A stretch of DNA of 9,329 bases from Candidatus Pacearchaeota archaeon (GCA_017609755.1 JAFCDI010000015.1:1-9329); one strand, 5' to 3'; counted from the stretch's first letter, positions 1 to 5,667 are shown. Program-made: numbers and translations. The notes: a model not told the origin generated them from the sequence alone.

Positions 1-1483
1 TCATTGCTGGAAGAGTTTGATTATATGCCCATAAATCATAAGTTGCATTATAAGTTGAACTCCAAGAATCATTATATGCTGTATAATTAGCACTCCAATA
101 AGGATCTGTTTCTGAAGTAAGAACTCCAGCTAAATAAGAGCCATCTCCAAAATAATAATCTGCTGTAACATTTCCATTTACACTTATATTTTCATTAAAA
201 ATAACACCAGAATCTGTAATTTCTATTACATTTTCATCATTTGCAATTAAATGCAGACTTTGGCTTCCATATCCAATACCATATCCAAAAGCTGCTTTGC
301 TAGGAATAAGGGTTGGATTTGTTGAGGAGGTAGGTTCATTTAACAAAGCAGCACTTGTATCAAGATTTCCTGAAAGAATATTACCAATACTTCCTCCAAA
401 AGTTACATTTGATGTAAAATTAGCAGATTTCCAAGAAGTTAATTGAGAAGAAGTTGCTTCTAAAATATTAGTATCTCCTGCAATAAGATGAATACTTGAA
501 CTTCCATATCCTAAACCATAACCCGTTTCATCTCTATTTGGAAGAATTGTAGGAATAGTTGAAGTAGATTGAACATTTGCAAGTCCCCAAGAACCAGAGA
601 CTCCGCTTGTAGCATTTTCATTAAAAATAACACCAGAATCTGTAACTTCTATTACATTTTCATCATTTGCAATTAAATGCAGACTTTGGCTTCCATATCC
701 AATACCATATCCTAATTCTCCTTGATTTGGAAGAATTGTAGGATTAGTGCTTGAAGTTGCCTCATTTAAAATTGCTCCACTCGTTGCTTCTGTTCCACTA
801 ATTTGCCCTCCAAAAGAAATATTTTCTCCAACACTCAAATTCTCACTTATTGAAGCATTTCCAAAAATCTCTAAATCATACTGAGGACTATCAGTTCCAA
901 TTCCAATAAAACCATTATTATAATAAAGGTTGCTTCCATTTTGACTCCACAAACTTCCACTGCCAGAAGAACCAAAAGAATTCCAATCAGTTCCATTATA
1001 TGCTTGAAACTCACTTCCAGTCCATCTAATAACTCCTGCTTCTGCTGTAGATGTGTCTCCAATTTGAATTCCTCCAGCAACATCTAATCTTTGTGAAGGA
1101 GTTGTAGTGCCTACGCCAATATATTCTGCTGTGATATTTCCAGTAGTTGTTATATTTCCTGTTCCAATCACACTTCCATTAAAGTCTATATCAATCACAA
1201 AAAGTTTAGTAATTCTATTAACTAAACTTCCAAGAAATCCAAAAAAACCAGTTCCAGTGGTTGTTATGTTGTAGGCACTCATATCCAAATTTTCATCAAT
1301 TTCAACTCCACTCAAAGTTATATTCTGAGCTCTAAAGGAATAAGGAGTTCGAGCAATTTTTGAGGAATCTTTTAGAGCTCCATCTCTATAATAACAAAGA
1401 TAATATTGCTCATCATAGTCAAGTGTGACATCTGGAAGATAATAAGAAATTATCCCCCTATTGTCAGTGGTTTGTTTGAATAT
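1..1483 (-). CDS. Large secreted/cell-surface repeat protein, main body. 494 codons are open from 1483 to the window edge and the C-terminus lies outside the window. Not listed in the supplied ORF track.
   Basis: I read every plus-strand triplet starting at positions 2,5,8...1481 and found no TTA/CTA/TCA (minus-strand stops) until TCA at 1484-1486. The translation begins IFKQTTDNRGIISYYLPDVTLDYDEQYY and contains GNITAEYIGVGTTTPSQRLDVAGGIQIGD and AGVIRWTGSEFQAYNGTDW. From memory, such motifs are typical of tail-fibre-like or large surface proteins. There are three ~71-aa modules of the form LNE(A/P)TSSTNPT(I/L)(L/I)P....GYG(I/L)GYGS.S(L/I)HLIA.D.N. I counted about 19 N-x-S/T sequons by eye. 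The first in-frame ATG is only at 1282. Confidence 0.8.
   Translation of the reverse strand, partial: MFKQTTDNRGIISYYLPDVTLDYDEQYYLCYYRDGALKDSSKIARTPYSFRAQNITLSGVEIDENLDMSAYNITTTGTGFFGFLGSLVNRITKLFVIDIDFNGSVIGTGNITTTGNITAEYIGVGTTTPSQRLDVAGGIQIGDTSTAEAGVIRWTGSEFQAYNGTDWNSFGSSGSGSLWSQNGSNLYYNNGFIGIGTDSPQYDLEIFGNASISENLSVGENISFGGQISGTEATSGAILNEATSSTNPTILPNQGELGYGIGYGSQSLHLIANDENVIEVTDSGVIFNENATSGVSGSWGLANVQSTSTIPTILPNRDETGYGLGYGSSSIHLIAGDTNILEATSSQLTSWKSANFTSNVTFGGSIGNILSGNLDTSAALLNEPTSSTNPTLIPSKAAFGYGIGYGSQSLHLIANDENVIEITDSGVIFNENISVNGNVTADYYFGDGSYLAGVLTSETDPYWSANYTAYNDSWSSTYNATYDLWAYNQTLPAM
188..286 (-). repeat. 99-nt intragenic repeat, copy A (98/99 identical to 614..712)
   Basis: Direct comparison: the copies sit exactly 426 nt (142 codons) apart, with a single mismatch (T220 vs C646). 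Flanking sequence is much more diverged. Encodes GYGIGYGSQSLHLIANDENVIE(I/V)TDSGVIFNEN. Confidence 0.9.
614..712 (-). repeat. 99-nt intragenic repeat, copy B
   Basis: See copy A. A third, degenerate copy of the same module lies at about 470..560 (GYGLGYGSSSIHLIAGDTNILE). Confidence 0.9.
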
Positions 1484-1589
1484 TCAAATGAATGTCATCT
1501 GTTATTGATTCAGCAAAAACAAAACTAATTGAAAAAGTTAGCACTAGAGTGATTACTAAAATCTGAATAAAATTCCTCTTTTTCCTCAT
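1464..1589 (-). CDS. Signal-peptide segment (41 codons + TGA), probably the true N-terminus of the surface protein. It is +1 out of frame with the body, so the gene is frameshifted (pseudogene, assembly indel, or recoding).
   Basis: ATG at 1589..1587 gives MRKKRNFIQILVITLVLTFSISFVFAESITDDIHLNIQTNH*. This has a basic n-region, a hydrophobic core and a VFA/ES cleavage-like site. The stop TGA is at 1466..1464. The body frame opens at 1483, so the two frames are both open only across 1467..1483. Confidence 0.6.
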   Translation of the reverse strand: MRKKRNFIQILVITLVLTFSISFVFAESITDDIHLNIQTNH

Positions 1590-1772
1590 CTTTTTTTTGG
1601 CTTTTTTGGAACTGATTTTTTTGACTTTGGAATAGGATATTTTTTGAAAATTAATTCGTTTTTTTTAACTGAAAGATACCAAACACTTGCCATAATATAA
1701 TATTATAATAAAATAATAATATAGAATAGGGACTAACTTGGTACTGAAACGAAAGTAAAACAGGCCCAAAGC

Positions 1773-1891
1773 GTAGGAAAAAAGTAAGAAAAAATGATTT
1801 TACCGACGGTAAGAAACAAAAAAGAAAAATTTTCTTACATTTATCTTACAAAAAGAAAAAGTAGGGAAAAAATTTAATGTATTTTACCTAC
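1773..1891. promoter_or_regulatory. Array of seven GTA(A/G)G-plus-A-rich motifs in both orientations. Candidate operator or iteron array upstream of the RHH-like gene.
   Basis: Plus strand: GTAGGAAAAAA 1773-1783 and GTAAGAAAAAA 1784-1794 (a tandem 11-mer), GTAAGAAA 1809-1816, GTAGGGAAAAAA 1861-1872. Minus strand: tttcttac 1831-1838 (a perfect 8-bp inverted repeat with 1809-1816, 14-nt spacer), cttac 1845-1849, ttttacctac 1882-1891. A pure A/T tract follows at 1898-1920. Confidence 0.35.
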
Positions 1892-1971
1892 CTTTTTTAT
1901 ATATTATATATAATATAATAAGATTTATAAAAGACATTTTCTTATATTTATTATAAAATAAAAGAGGAAAA

Positions 1972-2160
1972 ATGAAACAACCTGTTAAAATTTATCTGGA
2001 TTCTGAAACAAAAAAGAAGTTGTTACAGAAAGTCAGTGAAACAGGGTTTTCTGGCAGAGGTGCTTTATCAAAATTTATGGAAAAAATAGCTGTTGAAGAT
2101 ATTTGTTTTCTTGATGAAAATTTAAGAAAGATGTTAAAAACAATTTTTCCAAGCAAATAA
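1972..2160 (+). CDS. Small (62 aa) putative ribbon-helix-helix (CopG/Arc-like) DNA-binding protein
   Basis: ATG is preceded by GAGG (1964-1967) with a 4-nt spacer. The N-terminus VKIYLDSETKKKLLQKVSETGFSGRGALSKFMEKIA fits a beta-strand/helix/turn/helix RHH pattern. The assignment comes from the pattern only. Confidence 0.45.
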   Translation: MKQPVKIYLDSETKKKLLQKVSETGFSGRGALSKFMEKIAVEDICFLDENLRKMLKTIFPSK

Positions 2161-2175
2161 AAATTCTTAAGTAAC

Positions 2176-2184
2176 TTTTAAATA
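2176..2184 (+). promoter_or_regulatory. TATA-like box (TTTTAAATA) for tRNA-Ile
   Basis: Centred about 28 nt upstream of tRNA position 1 (2208), the usual archaeal TATA-to-start distance. Confidence 0.35.
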
Positions 2185-2207
2185 CAATAAAAATCTAAAT
2201 TTTCTAT

Positions 2208-2328
2208 GAGCCTATAGCTCAGCCTGGTTAGAGCGCTGGTCTTATATGACGTTTGTTCATTAGAACATTTGCTCTTGAGATTAGTCTAAGAGAGCCAGAG
2301 GTCCTCGGTTCAAATCCGAGTAGGCTCA
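2208..2328 (+). tRNA. tRNA-Ile(UAU) with a 46-nt intron at the canonical 37/38 position; no encoded CCA
   Basis: Hand-folded cloverleaf: acceptor GAGCCTA/TAGGCTC; D arm GCTC-AGCCTGGTTA-GAGC; anticodon stem CTGGT/GCCAG (one U.G pair); loop C-T-TAT-A-[intron]-A; variable AGGTC; T arm CTCGG-TTCAAAT-CCGAG; discriminator A. The body resembles archaeal tRNA-Ile (TAGCTCAGCCTGGTTAGAGCGC...AGAGGTC). Confidence 0.85.
2247..2292 (+). other. tRNA intron with a bulge-helix-bulge-like junction
   Basis: CTTA (2241-2244) pairs with TAAG (2287-2290) to form the central 4-bp helix. It is flanked by 3-nt bulges TA|T (2245-2247) and AG|A (2291-2293), which places both cuts at 37/38. An outer helix forms from GAC (2248-2250) and GTC (2284-2286). 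There is an internal hairpin TGTTC-atta-GAACA (2254-2267). Confidence 0.7.
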
Positions 2329-2330
2329 TA

Positions 2331-2347
2331 GTAGATTGTAAATCTAC
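2331..2347 (+). other. 7-bp hairpin immediately 3' of tRNA-Ile (GTAGATT-gta-AATCTAC), followed by the palindrome TTAAATTTAA (2348-2357)
   Basis: Perfect complementarity read directly from the sequence. Function unknown; it could be a processing or termination signal, or part of the tRNA-derived remnant. Confidence 0.4.
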
Positions 2348-2358
2348 TTAAATTTAAA

Positions 2359-2441
2359 GTGCGCTTTCGGTTCAAATACAACAAATTGCCTAGTAATTTG
2401 TGTTTCAGAAAATTTAGTATTTTCTGAACCGAGTAGGCTCA
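2359..2441 (+). pseudogene. tRNA-Ile-derived fragment: D-arm 3' side + T arm + 3' acceptor strand. It lacks the anticodon arm and the 5' acceptor strand, and a 51-nt double hairpin is inserted in the T loop.
   Basis: GTGCGCT (2359-2365) resembles GAGCGCT (2231-2237). TCGGTTCAAAT 2367-2377 is identical to 2305-2315. CCGAGTAGGCTCATA 2429-2443 is identical to 2316-2330. The insert 2378-2428 folds into ACAAATT-gcctagt-AATTTGT (2381-2401) and TTCAGAAAAT-ttagt-ATTTTCTGAA (2404-2428). The single T-stem change (C to T at 2366) keeps pairing as U.G. Confidence 0.55.
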
Positions 2442-2465
2442 TAAATATGTAAATAAAAAAAGAAA

Positions 2466-2660
2466 ATGGCAAAAAAAAGATTGTATAGAAGCAAAAAAGA
2501 AAAAATGATTGCTGGAATTTGTGGAGGAATTGCAGAATATTTTGACGCAGATCCAACAATTGTGAGATTAATTTGGGCGATTGCAACTCTAATTTCACTT
2601 GGATTTGGACTTCTTGCTTATTTGATTGCATGGATAATTATTCCTGAAAAAAGCAAATAA
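2466..2660 (+). CDS. PspC-domain small membrane protein (64 aa)
   Basis: KRLYRSKKEKMIAGICGGIAEYFDADPTIVRLIWAIATLIS, followed by a hydrophobic helix and IIP, matches the PspC-domain signature as I recall it (L.RS...+.i.GVCgGlAeYf..Dp..VRl). Confidence 0.85.
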   Translation: MAKKRLYRSKKEKMIAGICGGIAEYFDADPTIVRLIWAIATLISLGFGLLAYLIAWIIIPEKSK

Positions 2661-2832
2661 AAGAGTAGTAGAATAATTTAAAAACTAATATCTTTTATTC
2701 TAATCATACTTTAGTGTCAATTGAAAATTAGGCACTATTATAAAGGAAAATTCAATAAAAAACTCTTGGTTAAAATCAGGCTTGACCTAATTTTAAAGGA
2801 AGAGTCATAAGAGAAACCTTGGTGTCTTTTAT

Positions 2833-2905
2833 GCCCCCATAGTTCAGAGGCCAAGAATGCAGCCCTTTCAAGGCTGTGACCCGAGTTCGAATCTCGGTGG
2901 GGGCG
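2833..2905 (+). tRNA. tRNA-Glu(UUC), 73 nt, no intron, no encoded CCA
   Basis: Hand fold: acceptor GCCCCCA/TGGGGGC; D arm GTTC-AGAGGCCAA-GAAT; anticodon stem CAGCC/GGCTG; loop CT-TTC-AA; variable TGAC; T arm CCGAG-TTCGAAT-CTCGG; discriminator G. Confidence 0.9.
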
Positions 2906-2909
2906 CTTT

Positions 2910-3776
2910 CTAATCAAATTTAACAGCATATTTTCTAGATTTTTTAGGAAAATAAAAACTAATTTTTTTCTCTTTAAAATTAACCTCACAATCTGCTCCA
3001 ATTGGAACACACAAATTTGGAGTTGTATGTCCAAAATTAAGATTAAAAATCAAAGGAATATTAGGAAAAAGATATTCAATCATTTTTCTCATTAATTTAG
3101 GATTTTTTACTCCAAGTCCTCCAAAAACCAAGACTTTTGGTTTAAAATAAGAATGATTTTTAAGAGAAAGAAGGAGATTAAAAATCTTATATTCTGTAAA
3201 GCCAGTTTCCTCTAAAAATACTATTTTTCCTCTAAAATCAAGAGAAATATAAGGAAAACTTTCTATTAATCTGCCTAAATTACCTCCAATTGCTTTTCCT
3301 TTTAAAATATTTAAAGATTCATTTGTAAATTCTTTAAATTCAAGTCCATAATTTCTCATTTCTAAAGCATTTTTTAAGGCAGCTAAACTCACTTTATCAA
3401 TATTCTTACTTAAATTAGGTCCATGAAGAGAAATAATTCTTAATTTTACATGCAAATAAAGCAATAAAGGAGTTATATCACTATATCCTATAAGAAGTTT
3501 TTTTCTCTTAATTCTTCTTTTATTAATCAAAGGCAAAAAATGAAGTACTCCAGAGCCTCCTTTACAACACATAACAGCATCTGATTTAGAATTCATAGCC
3601 AAATAAAAATTTTTTAAACGTTCATTTGCAGAATCCGCCCACTTATTAAACAATTTTTCTTTAGATTTAAAATCTTCTAATTTCTCAAAACCAATTTTTT
3701 TTATATTCTTATTAATATTTTTGGCTTCTTTTGAATCACAAAAAGAAGATGGAGTTAAAATAGAACAAATTTTCAT
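2910..3776 (-). CDS. Peptidase family S66 (LD-carboxypeptidase LdcA / microcin C immunity MccF-like) serine peptidase, 288 aa
   Basis: S66 hallmarks appear in the correct order and spacing. These are DAVMCCKGGSGV, the nucleophile motif LIGYSDIT (Ser99), GGNLGRL, acidic FLEETG (Glu189/190) and FGHT (His250). The Ser-to-Glu (~90 aa) and Glu-to-His (~60 aa) spacing is comparable to characterised LdcA. The ATG overlaps the upstream stop as ATGA (3773-3776). Confidence 0.85.
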   Translation of the reverse strand: MKICSILTPSSFCDSKEAKNINKNIKKIGFEKLEDFKSKEKLFNKWADSANERLKNFYLAMNSKSDAVMCCKGGSGVLHFLPLINKRRIKRKKLLIGYSDITPLLLYLHVKLRIISLHGPNLSKNIDKVSLAALKNALEMRNYGLEFKEFTNESLNILKGKAIGGNLGRLIESFPYISLDFRGKIVFLEETGFTEYKIFNLLLSLKNHSYFKPKVLVFGGLGVKNPKLMRKMIEYLFPNIPLIFNLNFGHTTPNLCVPIGADCEVNFKEKKISFYFPKKSRKYAVKFD

Positions 3777-4738
3777 TTCAAATATTTATTTTTTAATTTT
3801 TCTGCAACTGTTTTATTCAAATCATAAACATAATTCTTTAATCCCCATCCAGTTCCAACTCCATTATACTCCATAAAGAGTCTTTTTTCATTATTTGTTT
3901 CTATCCAGTCTATGCATCCTAATTCTGCATCAAAAAGACCCATTATCCGTCGAGAATCACTAAGTTCAGCAGGTGTAGGGTAATAGTTTTTTGTTAAATG
4001 TTTTCTCTTAACTTGTCCTTCTTTCTCCCAAGGCATAGATCTATCATAAATAATTCTAGAATCAAGAAATTTTCCATCAAAAAAAATCATTCTTTTTTCA
4101 TTTAGAATTTCAACTTCTTTTTGAACAATATAATTTTCAACATTTAAATTCCTAAAATTGTCAATATTTTGTTTATTAATTCTAAAAAGAGAATTTCCTC
4201 TTTCTCCAAAACGATGTTTTATTATATATTTTTCATTTGCATTGTTTATAAATGATTTCAATAAATCAAAATTAGAAAAATAAGCTGTTTCTGGAGTTTT
4301 AAATCCCAAAGATTGAAGTTTTAAAATACTTTTTTTATCTTCTGACAAAGTTCCTTCTTTAGAATTCACTAAATTTCCAATATTTCCTTTAGATTTATTA
4401 TCCTCTAAATAATTAATAATCTCTTCTACTTCATCTCTTAAAGGAAAAATTCCTTCTTTCATTAAAAAATTACTAGCTAAAAATAAGTCACAACTCACTC
4501 CTTGTTCAATAATATAAGGTTGAAAATTCTCTTTAAATGCATAAACAGGTGCTTTTTCTCCTGTTCTAACTTCTTTTTGAACATCTCCTGCTAAAACAAA
4601 TCCATAATCTTTAGCTCCAAACACTTCTCTAAATCCACTATATCTTTGAAAATTAATTGCTAAATCATCTCTATATTCATAAATTGTCCTTTCTAATCTA
4701 TTTAAAAAAGTTTGACTTGCTAGTGTTTTTACTTTCAT
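3773..4738 (-). CDS. Divergent ATP-grasp family ligase (321 aa) with an unassigned ~150-aa N-terminal region
   Basis: The C-terminal half has the ATP-grasp layout: YIIKHRFGERGNSLFRI (Lys + Gly-rich loop), IVQKEVE (hinge Q/E-E), EKRMIFFDGKF, and ELGCIDWIE...LFMEYNGVGTGWG (metal-binding D/E-x-N region). A GGAG motif lies 8 nt upstream of the ATG. ATGA overlaps occur at both ends. Confidence 0.7.
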   Translation of the reverse strand: MKVKTLASQTFLNRLERTIYEYRDDLAINFQRYSGFREVFGAKDYGFVLAGDVQKEVRTGEKAPVYAFKENFQPYIIEQGVSCDLFLASNFLMKEGIFPLRDEVEEIINYLEDNKSKGNIGNLVNSKEGTLSEDKKSILKLQSLGFKTPETAYFSNFDLLKSFINNANEKYIIKHRFGERGNSLFRINKQNIDNFRNLNVENYIVQKEVEILNEKRMIFFDGKFLDSRIIYDRSMPWEKEGQVKRKHLTKNYYPTPAELSDSRRIMGLFDAELGCIDWIETNNEKRLFMEYNGVGTGWGLKNYVYDLNKTVAEKLKNKYLK

Positions 4739-5667
4739 TTTATTTTCTCCATTATAAAATCAACTGTTTTACTTATTGCTTCAGGATATGCTCTTGTAGC
4801 AATTATTGCATTTGTTTCAATTAAACGAGAAATTCTCTTTCCAGATTTTGATTTATCATCCATTATATCAATTCCAATACCATAAAGTCCTGATTTAGCA
4901 GCAACTTCTAAGCAAAGTTCTTTTTCATCTTCTCTTAAATTTGTTAAAATAGCTTTTCCACCTAATGCAAGATTATCTTTCCATTGTCCTTTTCCAGGAA
5001 CTTTTCTATAAGAAATAACAAATTCAAAAGAATTTCTTTCTCCAGGATTTCCTAATAAAATAACTCTTTTTCCTCCTTCAAAGCAATAATGTAAAAATTT
5101 CTGTGCAATAACCTCTATTTTTTCATTTTGAGTTATTTTTTTAAATTCTTCATTATAATTGTCTCTAGAAGTTATTCTAAAAACTCCATCTCCATGTGCT
5201 CCAGAAGGATCTTTTACAATCATTTTGCCTTTAAATTTATTTTTTAATAAATCCTCTAATTTTGAAACATTTGATGTGATTCTTGTTTCTGGAATATATT
5301 CAGGATAATTTTTAACATAAGTTTTTTTATTTGCAGAATTATAAGTTGGAATTGGTAAATTAAAGTGAAAAGTGTTTATTTGTTGAAGATTTTTTGCAAA
5401 ATCCAAATTAACAATATCACTCATATCTAAAATAGCATCATAATTCTCTAAATTTAAAGAATAAGCAATCTCACTTCTTGTGATATTTCCATTAAATTTA
5501 AACAAAGGGTAACTCAGTGCTTTTTTTGTTTTAAAATCAATGCTTTGAGGATCTAATTGAAAAACATTGCAATTTTTATTTAAAAAATTTTGGACATAAA
5601 TATCAAAACTAGGTCCTTCACTATAAAAAGAACGAATCTTATCTATTAAAGCTATTTTTTTACTCAT
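4735..5667 (-). CDS. Glutathione-synthetase-like (GshB-family) ATP-grasp ligase, 310 aa from ATG 5667 (the track's 5703 start is a TTG)
   Basis: Aligns by eye to E. coli GshB. KMIVKDPSGAHGDGVFRI matches IILKPLDGMGGASIFRV. IAQKFLHYCFEGGKRVILLG matches MAQNYLPAIKDGDKRVLVVDG. WKDNLALGGKAILTNLREDEKELC...GLYGIGIDIMDD...RLIETNAI matches TRGNLAAGGRGEARPLTESDWKIA...GLIFVGLDIIGDRLTEINVTSP. Confidence 0.8.
   Translation of the reverse strand: MSKKIALIDKIRSFYSEGPSFDIYVQNFLNKNCNVFQLDPQSIDFKTKKALSYPLFKFNGNITRSEIAYSLNLENYDAILDMSDIVNLDFAKNLQQINTFHFNLPIPTYNSANKKTYVKNYPEYIPETRITSNVSKLEDLLKNKFKGKMIVKDPSGAHGDGVFRITSRDNYNEEFKKITQNEKIEVIAQKFLHYCFEGGKRVILLGNPGERNSFEFVISYRKVPGKGQWKDNLALGGKAILTNLREDEKELCLEVAAKSGLYGIGIDIMDDKSKSGKRISRLIETNAIIATRAYPEAISKTVDFIMEKIK

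Noticed and set aside
871-1083. Tracked 70-aa minus-strand ORF
   Set aside because: It lies entirely inside the 494-codon surface-protein frame but in a different frame. Its sequence is hydrophobic and low-complexity with no motif, so it is a shadow ORF.
1464-1483. Programmed +1 frameshift (prfB-like) or TGA reassignment to join the signal peptide to the body
   Set aside because: There is no slippery site that allows P-site tRNA re-pairing (..ACA AAC CAC TGA C..) and no upstream SD-like stimulator. If TGA were a sense codon, frame 0 would hit TAG two codons later (CAC TGA CAA TAG). A simple indel is more parsimonious.
1586-1693. 35-codon Lys-rich minus-strand ORF (MASVWYLSVKKNELIFKKYPIPKSKKSVPKKPKKR*) whose TGA overlaps the signal-peptide ATG as ATGA
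   Set aside because: The overlap is intriguing, but the ORF is built largely from A-runs (AAA/AAG codons) in a promoter-like AT-rich spacer. It has no SD and no recognisable fold, so it is most likely a chance ORF. It would need conservation or Ribo-seq support.
1794-1877. 27-codon plus-strand ORF (MILPTVRNKKEKFSYIYLTKRKSREKI*) covering the GTARG motif array
   Set aside because: It has no convincing SD or TATA geometry. It is short and basic from A-rich repeats. The motifs occur in both orientations, which fits DNA-level sites better than coding.
2247-2292. C/D-box sRNA hidden in the tRNA-Ile intron (as in the haloarchaeal tRNA-Trp intron)
   Set aside because: No RUGAUGA (C box) or CUGA (D box) motifs are present in the 46-nt intron.
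2331-2428. MITE-like miniature element inserted with a 15-bp target duplication after tRNA-Ile
   Set aside because: The 98-nt segment between the 15-nt direct repeats has no terminal inverted repeats (it starts GTAGATTG and ends TTTCTGAA). It also contains tRNA-derived sequence itself, which fits a decayed tRNA duplicate or att remnant better.
2344-2631. Tracked 95-aa minus-strand ORF
   Set aside because: It is antisense to the well-supported PspC-domain gene and runs through the tRNA-derived remnant. It has a low-complexity F/L/K composition typical of antisense AT-rich sequence.
2833-2912. Functional link between tRNA-Glu(UUC) and the adjacent glutamate-ligase-like operon (the tRNA ends 4 nt from the S66 stop codon, convergent)
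   Set aside because: ATP-grasp ligases use free carboxylates and ATP, not aminoacyl-tRNA. The juxtaposition is more likely compact-genome packing. It is noted only as a possible transcription-collision or termination point.
2738-3034. Tracked 98-aa minus-strand ORF
   Set aside because: It is antisense across the whole tRNA-Glu gene and overlaps the S66 peptidase C-terminus out of frame.
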